DNA from: Enoplolaimus lenunculus
Taxonomy: Eukaryota
NCBI GenBank assembly: GCA_030248215.1
Contig: JASANG010003338.1
Coordinates: 434,001 to 469,088, forward strand
Length of the DNA: 35,088 nucleotides
Direction of reading: 5' to 3'
Part shown: positions 21,302 through 34,282 of the stretch, piece after piece
How the letters are laid out: every line of letters starts with the position of its first letter
Position numbering within the stretch: position 1 is the first letter of the stretch
Program-made: the position numbers and the translations under genes
The notes under the pieces: generated by a model
What the model was told of the DNA's origin: nothing
The model's input: the letters and a program-made list of their open reading frames with translations, nothing else
The model's database searches: none

Positions 21302-22287
21302 CCCGATAGATACCAATTCAAACATAAATTGAGCATTAAGTCGGAAAAAGGATTTTACAATTTTTGCCTCAGAAAGTTTTTGTAAAAAATAACGTTCCTA
21401 CCTTACAAATTTTCCCCTCAGAAACTGATTTTGTACGATTTACCGCAAATTTCAATGTTATTTTTTCTTCTTGGAACGTAACCACTCTTGTATATTTAGT
21501 TCGACTGAAGTGTGACATTCGATACAATCTGTTGCAGTGGTTTATATCAAACCAAACATATTAACACAATTTCAGGTGGCCGACGCAAATATTTATTAGT
21601 CAGTAGCAATTTTCTAAACCGAATATATACCCAGCACTTATGAAGCAGTTGCATAATAAATAACTATTTTTAAAAAATTTTCATTTTTCGAGAAAACTTT
21701 TGTATCAGAAAAACTTTAGTTTTCTCGTTAACTTTTTTGAATAAATTCAGAAATATAACATTTTTGTGAGTGTCCACCGCAAATACGCGGTCAACCGTGC
21801 AAGTTTTTGCAGCGAGAACTCGCAGCTGAAACTTTCACGAGTTCCTTGCAGCTACAAGTATTTGCAAATGAACATCGTTTTCATTCTGAATCTTTACATG
21901 CATTTACATGAATAATTTGCAGATGACTGCAACAAATACCAAACATAAACTATTAACTATGTTTTCAGCCAATGACGATGAATTATATAATTCAACTTGC
22001 CAGCGTATTTATACCTATGAATTTTTTGGCGCAAATTTATCATGAAAAAATTGCAGCTGCAAGTTTCGAAAAAATTTGCAGCTGCAAGCTTCACCTGCAA
22101 AAAACATAGTCCGTGAAGAACGTCCTACTCGAAATGCCTTGACTTGCAAACGATTTTGTACCGATAGTGTTTCCGTTTACAGCTTAAATAAAAACAAGCC
22201 CGGCCACAAGCGCTGTGGGCTGAGAAATATCAGACAAGTTTGATAGCTGATTTAATTCAAGCTTCTTGAATATACTCAAAAAGTCAG

Positions 22288-23095
22288 AACTAGAAAAAAT
22301 TGCTCAGCACTTGAGCAGCATGGAATATGCTTCATATTCCTATTAAAAGGATAGTAACTAGACCTATTAAGAAACAATGGCGTCCAAAATCATGTTGACT
22401 ATTAATTCTTCTGAAACATATTGCGGATAGCAAATCTATTTTTATGTTGAAAGTTTTTGGCAGATTTATTAGGCATTTTATGAAATTTCTTAGATAATGG
22501 CTGGGTTACAGAGACATGGCTGAAGTAGAGCGATGTTTGCTTTTGCCAGATTAGTCGATGCTGCCAGAATACGGTGAGAATTTCAGCCTCTAGTCGTGAC
22601 TATGCAGTGAAACAAATAACTCGGTAGACCTGTAAACTTGTTTGTTTGTCGCTAAGGTTAAAAGTCGGCTAAAGTAAAGACTCGTTTTTAAAGCATCAAT
22701 TGCGAGTCATTTTGTGACAACGCCTTGTTTAAGAAAGTATCTAAAACAAAATTGTTCATCAATACTCTAACTCACCAATTATGTTGCCATACAGTGTTCT
22801 TATGAAATTCAATTAACTATGTTAATAGAGAGCCAAAGGTGAGTTTAGTACGTTCTTGTGGAAAACTTCAACACACATTTTAAGCAAAACAGTTGTTTCT
22901 TACAAAAAGAAAATTACAGAAATTTCGCTATCCGCAATATGTTTCAGAAGAATTAATAGTCAACATAATTTTGGACGCCATTGTTTCTTAATATTTTTCC
23001 AGGTTACATCGAACGAATGTGCTGGTCTAGTTACTATCGTTTTAATAGGAATATGAAGCATATTCCATGCTGCTCAAGTGCTGAGCAATCTAGTT
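22288..23095. mobile_element. Foldback element with near-perfect inverted arms of about 140 bp
   Basis: 22300-22364 is the inverse of 23023-23088, and 22365-22434 is the inverse of 22923-22993, with an indel of about 30 bp in the right arm. Confidence 0.85.
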
Positions 23096-23246
23096 TCAAC
23101 CGCTTTACCAAGCTGCTGATTAATCCATCAATCTGAACAATGAAAAATAAGAAGACTGTTTAAACTAAATACAGAGTTTCAATAAATCGTTTGCATGACA
23201 GAAACTTTTATCCTGACAACAAGCGCCTAACCAACGTATTTGTATA

Positions 23247-24063
23247 AAACCAACCATTGGGGCGAAACAACCACGGGGTGACATTGTTCGTTGGGTAAAC
23301 CAACCGTTGGGGTGAAGTCAGCCATTGGGGTGAAACCAACCGTTGGGGTGAAACCAACCGTTGGGGTGAAACCAACCGTTTGGGTGAAACCGACTGTTGG
23401 GGTGAAACGAACCGTTGGGATGAAACAGACTGTTGGGGTGAAACCAACCGTTGGAGTGAAACCGACTGTTGGGGTGAAACCAACCGTTGCGGTGAAACCG
23501 ACTGTTGGGGTGAAACTAACCGTTGGGGTGAAACCGACTGTTGGGGTGAAACCAACCGTTGGGGTGAAACCGACTTTTGGGGTGAAACCAACCGTTAGGG
23601 TGAAACCGACCGTTGGGGGTGAAACCAACCGTTTGGGTGAAACCGACTGTTGGGGTGAAACGAACCGTTGGGATGAAACAGACTGTTGGGGTGAAACCAA
23701 CCGTTGGAGTGAAACCGACTGTTGGGGTGAAACCGACTGTTGGGGTGAAACTAACCGTTGGGGTGAAACCGACTGTTGGGGTGAAACTAACCGTTGGGGT
23801 GAAACCCACTGTTGGGGTGAAACCAACCGTTGGGGTGAAACCGACTTTTGGGGTGAAACCAACCGTTAGGGTGAAACCGACTGTTGGGGGTGAAACCAAT
23901 CATTTGGGTGAAACCAACGGTTGGGTTGAAACCGACTGTTGGAGTGAAACTAACCGTTGGGGTGAAACCGACTGTTGGGGTGAAACCAACCGTTGCGGTG
24001 AAACTGACTGTTGGGGTGAAACCAATCGTTGGGGTGAAACCGACAGTTGGGATGAAACCAACC
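23247..24063 (+). repeat. 18-bp tandem satellite (GGGGTGAAACCAACCGTT / GGGGTGAAACCGACTGTT), about 45 units
   Basis: Directly visible; explains the overlapping VKPTVG, WGETDC and VSPQ repeat ORFs on both strands. Confidence 0.97.
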
Positions 24064-24588
24064 ATAAGCTCTATAAAGTGGTGAAAGTTACAACCGTTAA
24101 ATTACATAGCTAACGGGAAAAAAGTGCTGAACCAAAATGGAAAATTTCGTGCACTTTCTGTAACGAGTTTTTTGACCGTAACTACTGAAGGCCACGCTCT
24201 TTTCGCAAATCCTTTGGCACAGATATTCCCGACGGACCAGTGTACCAGTGTACAAAATTTAAACGAAATGGGTCTGCTATTACTCGAGTACCAACATGCA
24301 AACTAAACTGAAAATACGCACTTGAGAAGCGCGAACCATATATATGAACACTATCGTGTTCATATGATTAAATCATATGCAATCAACAACATGTGTTCCG
24401 ATTGGCCAATCAAAATGCACGAAATTCAAACGACTTGCAGGCGTTCACACATGCGAATTAAATTTAATAGCACGAATTCTACTGAATGATTTGCAGCTGC
24501 AAGAACTTCAAAGCTACTTTCACATGCAAGTTGTATGTGCAAGTTTTTGCTGCAAAAACATGCACGTGTGAATAGGGCTTAAGGAATA

Positions 24589-25157
24589 TCTTCAATGAAA
24601 AGCATGATATTTGAATTAGTTTTAAAAATTTTGAACTCGTTTTAAATTCAGATAAGCAATCATTTCGTTGTTTTTATTTAAAAATTTGAAATGAATATGA
24701 ACTATTTTGTATGCTTTTTAGGTGTTTTATTACGGATGAAAATTGATTCCAATTGTCCCTATTATCCCACTGTCTTAACTGTCTCAGCTGTCCAAATTGT
24801 CTTCATTCTCCCAACCGTTTCAACTGTCCGAATTGTCCTAACTGACTATCCCCACTGTCCTCGCTACCCCTACTATCCAAGCTGTCCTAAACTATCCGAA
24901 TTGTCCTGATTGCCTAATTGCGTCATTGTTCCAACCGTCCCTGCTGTCCAAGCGGTAATAACTGTCCGAGCTGTCCCAACTACCCCACCAGCTCTGCTGT
25001 CCAAGCTGTCCCCACTGTCCGAATTGTAAAAATTGCATCAGTGTCCCCGCTGTCCAAAGTGTCCCCACTGTCCAAATTATATTTTTGCTGTGTGTACTCT
25101 TGGTACATGTCTGTCCCGGGACAATGGGACGGCCATTTGCGTAACAGTGGCCACTAG
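24589..25157 (+). mobile_element. Candidate non-autonomous Helitron containing a degenerate 9-bp minisatellite (ccaactgtc-like, about 24750-25075)
   Basis: 3' end ggcca..tggcc hairpin (25131-25152) followed by CTAG|T; a possible A|TC 5' end at 24589 (weak). The minisatellite itself is clear. Confidence 0.45.
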
Positions 25158-25654
25158 TACTATAATGATTTTTGAGTTTTCACAAACAATTGACTATTAA
25201 TACATACAAACACAGATTGAACTATACAAACACATCAAAAGATATGATTTCCGTCAGGACACAACCGGAGGTCAGCCGTTGCATCGGACAGAAAACTCTG
25301 CCCGGTTCAGCTAAAAGTTTTGCTGAGGGTGCCAGAAGTACATCAGTGAGCTTCTAAAACTTGAGCTGCCTTCGAAGCTTTAAGCTACGATAATTTATCA
25401 CAAATCATTCTTAAAACAATTTTTTGACACTTTACGCTATAATTGTTAAAACTACTAAGCTTAATATAATTTTAACTACCTAATTTAGTTTGACATAGGA
25501 CTTGTAAAATTTGCTGACCTCCGACTCTGGCAATTTTCACTTCAGGTTGCACCGTGATTTGTGTTACTACAAAAAATTAAATGCATATAACATGTGCCAT
25601 GGCATAGTTTTACGAAAATTCGTTTCGAATCAATACAAAATCTTAAAAATAAAT

Positions 25655-28600
25655 CTATAAAATCGGCAACAACGGTTGATCCAATAGCATCATATCATTT
25701 TCCACATTGCCAATATTTCCAGCATTATCGCGTTGTACAATAATATCCCCGTTGTTATTGTTATTTGCGCGAACTTCGTTGTTATTATTATTATTATTAT
25801 TATTGTTATTATTATCATTACTATGATTATTATTATTATTATTATTGTTGTTGTTGTTGTTATTATTATTGTCGCTGTTAACATCATTAATTATGCCATT
25901 ATCAATATTTATATTATTTCCCCCTATATTATTATTTCCTCCGAGAACAATTGCATCGTGTTTTAGACGCAAATCTTGATGCTGCAAAACGCCTGCATGC
26001 GGCGGTAGCACCGCAGCTACTGCATTTCGCGATACAAACATATTTTTGCTATTATTGCTACTTTGAGAAGTATGCCGTTCGTCAAATCGATCAGTACCAC
26101 AGCTCGCAGGACACTCGAAATGAACACAATGGAATACCTAAAAAACCAGAGACGTTAATGGACACCTATATTCTAGGTTTACCTAATGGATGGACCTCCA
26201 ATCCAAGCTCCCCCATTCTGAAACCTTCCCCAGCTTCACTCCCCCAATTTCCCTCCACATCCCCCCGGTTGACACCCCACTTTTCCACCACATCCATCAC
26301 AAATAATGGGAACCTTAAGTTTAATTCATATATCTGCAAAAACGAATCTCATCAATCAAGTAGTATTTTCGTTTTCCAGATCATTTCGAATTTCAACCCA
26401 TGGCTATCACAGAACACAAATTTCGGCCCATGTTACTTTGAAGGGCGACCAATTTTTCTCGTGGAACTATAATAGAGCAAGCTTGAGCTTTAAACTAACC
26501 TTTTGCTTAACTTATGCTTATACTACTGATACACTCCTCGAAATAACAGTGGCCCGAATTTCGATGCGTCAATAGCACTTGCTGCATTTTAGACTAATTG
26601 AAATTACTGTTTTAGACAGTAGGCGAAATTCAGGTCACTCGACCATAAACAGCCGCTTTGGAATTGCTGACAAGACTCGAAAAATTTTGCACTCTCCGCC
26701 GATGCTTAACGGAAACCGCTGTTAGGGAACAACCGTATCGTTTAACGTGGCCATAACACCATTAATATCTGAACGTTTATACATTATTTTCGCAGATTAC
26801 AATGTACATACCTCGTTTGCTGTATTATGCGTTCCGACAATGCGTATAAAACTGGCCGCAGTTGGCTGGCATTTAATGTATTGCCATGATCTGAAACATC
26901 GTCAAATAATAATTTTCCAATGTAGCGTTTGTTGAATCCCGAAATTTGACGAACAGAGAACCTGGCTCATTCAACGAAACAGTGTCATAGTTCAACAATC
27001 ACTATCAATATTTATACATATACGAAATAAAACCGTATGCAACAGCTACTAGAAATTGAGTTTGAGTAATAATCCAGAGCAAAAGAATTCACAGCTATTT
27101 AAATGAAATATTCCAGCTAGTCGTGCCTGGTTACTCACATATGCAGGTTTCAAGCAGAATCTGTTCCGGCCCGAATTCCTGCAAAAATTTCACTCCTGTT
27201 CCTGTTTCTGCATTAAAAGATGCAACAACCGGAATTTTTACGGTTTTGTGGCAAATTATTTATAATCATTTAAATATTGGAAACTTGGTCTTTGGAAAAT
27301 TGTTATTTCGAAATGAATGTTTTTGCAAATCGTTCCATTTTGTTAATAAACTGTTTCTGATGTGTTTTCGCAAAACTTGATGATGAAGTAGCTCAAAATT
27401 ATCTTACGCCATTTTTGACTAGTTTTCTGAAAAGTCCAACAGTAATTCGGTGATGAAAACTATTTCAAATTCCATTTCCCGTTCCGGTTCCTGTAAAGAA
27501 ATTCAATTTTTGTTCCAGTTCCCGTTCCAACAAAATTTAGCTCCTGTTGAAACTCTGCTAACACGTAGACACACAACACATTATTTTAATAAAGGGTTTA
27601 ATATGTAAACACATACAAAGCATTATTTTAGTTAAAATGTTTTAATATATGGAAAAATATTATAATAACTTCTAAGTATTTCGCAGGTCATCAACATACC
27701 TGCATGCTTCCTTTGTTTTGTCAGCAACCATTGTCCACCGTTGTTGATCAGTTGAAGTTTCAATGTAGTAACTATAGCTACGATCATCGCAATCCCATAA
27801 CAATAACCTATAAGCCCGACACAGGTAAATTAGTAAAATATTTCGTTCCGAAAATGTGTTAAACAGGCGAACCGCTACGAAATGTTATATAATATACTGC
27901 GTTAGCCAAATATGCATTTTTACTTCAAATATGCGCAATTTGAGCGGATGACTTCAAGATTTTCCGCCGCGCAAGCATAGTCAAAAAGTTACCCAAAAAA
28001 ACAAAATAATTTTTGTACCAGAGACAGAAGTGAAGTTTCAGTGGCCTGAACATAGTCTTGCATTATAATTTATTTACAATGGCAAAACTGGCAAAAAGAC
28101 TCAACCGCACAATTAAATGTAAATAATGTACCTCATCGAATTAATGATATATGGTTGCGGAAGCTGCACAACGATTGCACCGGAGCCAAGCTGATGACAT
28201 GTGTATCCAGTATCCCAGTCGTATCCTTCTGAAACAAATTAGCACTGTAATTTGGCACCATTAAGGAAATACACGTCCATACTAATTACACTATGTAAAT
28301 ACGAAACCGACCAAAAATATCCTTTTAAGAAAACACTTTAGAAAACTGACCAATCACATAAATCTTCACACTTCTTGTTAGAAAAACTATGGAAAAACAA
28401 ACAAAAACAAGCAACATTTGACATCTTACCATGGCTTACCAGTCCTGCATGTCAAAAGTACAAGTGTTTATATTACGATAAGCCAGAAAACAAATAGTTT
28501 GTTCACTATTACGCAATCAACCGTTAATAACATGATTATAGCAACTTTACCCAAAAATTTCATTACCTGTATCACCGTTTAATAAAGCATTTCGCGTTCT

Positions 28601-31600
28601 GCTTACACCTTCCAGTACGCAGGCAGATTTTTGGTCAGAAGCAACATTTTCCTGTGGAACTGTAACAAAAAAATCTACTTAGCTTTTGCTTTTGTACAAA
28701 AAATAGTTGATTGCACGTTTTTAATCAGAATATGAATTTTGCACTTCTTTTTAAAGCATATAGCTGAAACTTTGCTTTTAGTTAAAATAAAGCACCGCTC
28801 AAATGAATCATAGATATAAAGCAATTTAAACAACAAATCTAATTTAAAAATTTCTTACTGATAACACCATTTGGGTCAAGGTCAAATTCGACACTGCTAT
28901 ACATTGCCTCTAAATGGACTAGATGAAAAACTTTGTTTGCCGTATTGTGTTTGCCAGTTACTCGGATGTACCTTAAAGGCAAATTAAATCGAAACCAGTC
29001 ATTAATAGAATAAATGGCGCTACTTGAAACATGTACACTAACATGAATTTTAAACCAATCTTCGCCGCTAGTATACAGTTCCGTCAAAAACTAAACCATG
29101 AATCGAAAAATATTTTTCGCCTCTACAACGAATTAGCATATCTGGTTGCTTCAATGATCGTCTCGGTCCTATGATCGCTTCAAAACAATCCATTTCCTAG
29201 AAAGCGGTCATCACTTTATACTTACACCTGGGTGGCAACAAAGGTTAGGATTCGGATTCGGCAAAAATATGAGGTTCGGATTCGGTTGTGGAAAAGCCGA
29301 ATCCAAAAGCCGAATCCAACAAAGTTTGGCAATATGTTTTTTCATTTTTAAGCAATAAAATTTTTAAATACCTTGCAATAAAAATCAATATTTTTTATTT
29401 CAGGTGAGAAATCTCAGAGGTGACGTCGGGACGAAATATATTAACGTATTAAAATTATACGGCTGGCATTGCGTTGATATTCTGAAACAAATTATAGATA
29501 TATCTGAAATTCGCAACATGCAGGATTCGGATTCGGTTTCGGATTCGGTTTCGGATTCGGCAAATTGGCACTGGATTCGGATTCAGTCAAATCGTAGATT
29601 CGGTGCCACCCTGACTTACACATAGTAGTTATCCTTAAATTCGCAAAACCAACCTATGCATCGTAAAACAAAAATAATTTAACTTAACTCAATACAAAAG
29701 AGCTGAAAACTCACTTGACAACTTGCGGTTTAAAATACAAATGTTGCCATGATCGGCACAAATACATTGAATAATCGATTACTTTCACCCAATCCAGTCT
29801 GTCCATAGACACTTCGACCACGTATGAGTACGATCTGAAACAAATGTTTCAAAATAATTCCGTTCCAGTAATCGTGTGCGTCTTCTCGTGGCAGATCAAA
29901 AACAAACTAGAGCCTGCTAAGATATTATGAGAAATTCAAGCTCAAATGACTGACTTAGCTACAGAAAATTTAAAGATGCCGCTATTTAAGCAACGTAAAG
30001 TTTGAAAAATTCAGTACAAAACTTTATTTCGGATACTGATAGTAATTTTTGTGAAAAAGTTTTCATTTTTAAATTTTTAGATTTCAAAACATAGACTAGA
30101 CTGATGCTGAAAACAGCTTCTGCGTCCATTTAAGAGTTTCTGCCCCGCTCAGTCTTGATAATACATCTCAACAAACTACTTTAAAGACAAAACGCCAGGT
30201 CATACCGAAAATCTTTATCCCACAGCAACAAGCGAATATGATTAATGATACACTGGTTGTCCAGCTGCACCACAATGCCCTCATTGCCTTCTTCCAATGG
30301 ATGCCTCGTAAAACCTCGTTCCATGTCGTAGTTTACGGCATCCCCGTTTAACAGTGCTTGTCGTAGTTCACCTTCAATTACTTGGGCCCCGTTTGCTGGT
30401 GTTGCCAAGTTTGTGTCAGGTACTGAAAAAGCCAAAACAACGCTATACTAAAAGCAGCCAGGAGCTCATACAAAACCCATACAAAACCCTACTGCAGCGT
30501 CTTTTGTCGTTAAATCCTAATACTTGGTTCTCTTCTGACAACAACCACAAAACATAACATTAACTTCAGTTTCATTTTGGACAGTACAATGTATAAACAT
30601 CTGCAACCCCTTTGAGATTTTTTCATAAGATTTTACATACTTTTTCAGTTTGCAACACAACAAACGTACCTCCTTCAAAATTTTTCCTTAACGTAACACC
30701 TTTCCGAAATGATAACAATCCAATTCTACATTTATCTAGCTTTCCATTATTCACCTAGCACCAACCACAAACCACTTACGCAAAAACCCTCTGTATCTCA
30801 AATCCATATCTCGCTTTTGAATTTGTTCTTCAATTGCATCGAGAATAATATCGGCGGCAATCAGACCAGACGGTCGGACAACGTTCAACAAATCGTCGAG
30901 CTTCATCAACGGCAACCGAATCAAATCAAATATTGCTTTGTGATCTAAGTCTCCTTGATCATTTTGAATATATGTGCTTGTTCCTTGTTTCATTTTCGAT
31001 TCATCCATTATTTCGCATGTTGTACCGCCAATTTCAGGTTCATCCGCACAAATGGAGCCGCGCTTAACGCAACCTGAACTACCTGGCGCTGCCATGTTAG
31101 ACGATTGGTTTCCAGAATTGGCAGAAGCTCGTGTCCACTCGCGTGCAGCTCGAAAAATTTCAATTTCCGGAACACAAAATGAGTCGCGTGAAATCAGCTG
31201 CCGTACAGCGCTCTAAATATGAACATAAGCAATGACATCGAGTACAGCTTAAGTATGATGCGATACGACCATGATTTTGGGTATGTACAATCTGGGTTCG
31301 GCCGGAAGTTCTTATTATATATACATAAGCAGACTTCTGAAAGTATAAATTGCAACCTCAATGCATAAACGACGTGAAACACAATACGTACATGCATACA
31401 CACTTGCATTTACCTTGCTGAGCTGGAGCCATCCATCGGTCTGCAACACTTCCCCCGCATGCCGGTCACAAAACGCCACACAATAATCAGCTAATTCTGC
31501 TAAGCTGTACAAATGAGCAGCACCATACACCGTACAAACGTTATGGACACTAAGAATAGACTTTAAGTACTCCGATATATCGCTTTCAAGTGTAGCAAAA

Positions 31601-33599
31601 CCATAACGATGTGCTAGACCAAGCACATCAAGTATTGCATCTTCCTACAAGTAAAGGTTTCACGCACACAGGTTTTAGCAAAACTAAACTTAATCACATT
31701 TACGAATATACAAATATTGTGCGCTGTCAACGATTAACAAGAAAAATTGTTGCAAAATTATACAACTATTTGTTTTAACACTAAAATTTTCACATTTTAA
31801 TGGCACTCTCACTCTTATGCGAAAGTCTACAACGAAATAAACGCACGCGTATCATTTATGCAACTTCGCGTATTCATTTTGCTCAAAACATACTTTCATT
31901 TGAAGTAACGTCATGCGGCCAGTGTACAAATACTTCAATAGAACCATGAATGACTGCGGGTTCACATCCTTAAGCTCGATTTCATTCTGCGATGACTCTC
32001 GCATACCACCGAATAGTAAGGCCCTGGCAATTAAACGTTCCGCATATTGGGATAAAAGGCTTCAAAAAATATTGTTGCATTTTCTATCTTGCCCTTGCCA
32101 AACGGCAGAGAACTAACCTTACCTTAACACGTGTTATAGATAGGGCATAAACACGAGTTAGACTAAGGTTATGTGTGTTTTCATTGTTGCGGTATGGTTA
32201 AAGTGTGTCAATTTTTAAATCTGCCACTTCTTAACAAAGCCACAAAATCTTTTATTATTGTGAATGCAGCATTATTTCATCAACGCCTTCATTTGTTTTT
32301 CCTCCGTAAGCACAAAACTAATTCAAAGCAGTTGAGCTGACATCAACAAATGAAAACTCAAAAACTTGAATTTCTATTCTTAACTGAGTACAGTACTCAT
32401 CAACAGTACAGCAATAGTTCTTGAAATAGTTAATCATCAAACGCGTGAAATGTTTCCCAAAGCACAAACATTTTAAAAAGGTTTGCCACGTTTAATTGTT
32501 TAAATATCATTTTTTAACCGTAATGTATACAAACATTAACCAGCATGAATGTGCTGGACTTTTATGCATTTGAAATTACATATAATATGCAATATAGACG
32601 CAGATAGCTTCTAATTACACTAAGAACGTTAAATTGATAACTGAATACTAACGTATAAGCTATAATTTGAGTTAATAATTAGCGAGCCCGAAGAAAAGCT
32701 AAGCAAAGGTATCAAATGTCACCTGAAATATTCGCTTCGACACGCCAGTACCACCTTGTGCGCCCTAAATCGACTTCCATCGTCTAAAATCAGCGTGACG
32801 TCAGCGTAATCACTATTCATGTACAGTGATCCAATGTCTTCAGACAACTGACTCACGTGCTGAATTTGACCGACATTAGACGCAAGAGAACCTAAATATG
32901 TATACCCAAATACAAACGCATACGCCACTTTACGAAAATACCTGCTGTGAACAATCTATATACACATTCACGTTGCACCAGCGCTCTGCAACCTGTGCGA
33001 TAGTTCGCGTTAGTGCGAATGAGAACTGTCGGCCAACCGAGTGCAAAGCACGGTCATAATTCAGTGAAGTGTTATTCGCAATGTTTTCCTCAAAGATCAT
33101 AATTTTAGCGGCGTCTCAGGTGTATCACTGTCACAAATTTTATAAAGGCCAGTCCCACTAGAAATTCTGGGTTCTTGTTGGCGTTTGCCGCAAATATGTT
33201 ATTAGTTGTTTCAGTGAAGTATGTAATTTTAATTTGCAGTCTGCACCCTGCTTCTATTCAGGACAAAATTCTTCAATTAATTTTACTTTTTTAACATTAC
33301 TCACACTCACGAAAAAGTTGCGAAATGCTGCGTTACTGAATTAAATGAGTTTGCACAGTCATGTAGCAGAAGCCAACATATTAACTGGATATATTGTTAA
33401 CATAATGCTACCGCAATACAAAATGTGTAGAAATAAATCAACTAACGTACGTACCGCAGGAAAGACCACTAGTGGATCCCGGGCCTAGACGCTTCGATAA
33501 AGCAGCTAAACCTTGAACGTACAAGCTACCAACTGACGCGTTTGAGCCAATATGATTCCTATCAGGCAATAAACCGCCACCATCCCGTTGGTCGCTCAT
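25655..33599 (-). CDS. BTBD9: BTB/POZ domain-containing protein 9 (BTB-BACK-two F5/8 type C-like domains), about 805 aa, 13 coding exons
   Basis: Exons 33599-33455, 32891-32723, 32023-31894, 31644-31414, 31212-30780, 30422-30206, 29834-29715, 28971-28859, 28659-28567, 28228-28132, 27807-27700, 26890-26812, 26137-25655 (2418 nt, phases consistent, all GT-AG). Motifs AHKVVLACRSEYFRALLFGGMRES, IRLPLMKLDDLLNVVRPSGL, INHIRLLLWD, YDWDTGYTCHQLGSGAIVVQL and FIRIVGTHNTANEVFHCVHFECP match BTBD9. Confidence 0.96.
25752..25870 (-). repeat. Coding (AAT/AAC)n microsatellite encoding poly-Asn in the last BTBD9 exon
   Basis: Forward (att)n/(gtt)n runs, in frame with VFHCVHFECP of the terminal exon. Confidence 0.88.
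27144..27557. mobile_element. Degenerate MITE in a BTBD9 intron
   Basis: caggtttcaagcag / ctcctgttgaaactctg imperfect TIRs with ttccg/ttcctg subterminal repeats; no clear TSD. Confidence 0.5.
29228..29613. mobile_element. hAT-type MITE, 386 bp
   Basis: TIR ctgggtggca / tgccaccctg; perfect 8-bp TSD ACTTACAC; (attcgg)n subterminal repeats. Confidence 0.92.
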
Positions 33600-33830
33600 A
33601 GGCTCAGGAAGCCAGAACACCTGTTTCGAATTGTAATGTTGAATAAAACACAACCACAAGTTCACATAAATTTGCTAAAAAAGGCATAACTAACTGTCAA
33701 TAATAAGATGGGAAGTTTTAAACAAATTTCGAAATAACATCTGATTGAGATCATAAACCATATTTGACGTACCTTGCAGAAAGTTTACCTTCGCAAATTT
33801 GTTATAGATGTTTCAAAAAGTATTAAATAT

Positions 33831-34160
33831 TGTTATAAGTTGGGTAGGCTAGGGTACAACAGTTTTTCGTTCTGAGTGCTCAGCCGCTGAAATTCAGGGA
33901 CGTTCTCTGGAGGTTTCGAACTCGGTCGACAGATTATGTATCAGTCCAGCGCGCTAGCGAGCCACGCCGCCTCACAATCAACTGCTGAGCTTTTCTGTTT
34001 TTATGCCTTATAAGAACCTCAACATTATACACATGTATCTTGGTTTTTCCATGTTTTTTACTTCTGCGGCATATGAATGCACTACATATGCTGCAGTGGT
34101 TTACCGATGTACAGCATCAGCATGAGGTTATTACTTGTCTCCATGCATCCGCATGTCACA
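33831..34160 (-). mobile_element. Solo LTR of tRNA-containing family C (330 bp)
   Basis: TGT...ACA termini; perfect 5-bp TSD AATAT (33826-33830 and 34161-34165); inverted homolog of 34283-34613 and 34638-34967. Confidence 0.92.
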
Positions 34161-34282
34161 AATATATTGGTCTTTGCCACAGTGTGACCGGATACCCGTA
34201 TCCGGTATATATTAGCCTTCCGCATACCGCATTTTTACTGCAGTGGCTCCAAATTTCAAAAAAAAAATTTTCAAAACAGCGT

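Noticed and set aside
23208..24113. Repeat-protein ORFs (VKPTVG, WGETDC, VSPQ) or a CRISPR-like array
   Set aside because: Stop-free translation of an 18-bp satellite in several frames on both strands; no unique spacers; eukaryotic context.
25690..26472. ORFs with poly-Ile/Val or Pro/Ser-rich content (25690-25887, 25733-25966, 25951-26472)
   Set aside because: Alternative-frame or antisense readings of the BTBD9 poly-Asn exon and of a C-rich intronic tract.
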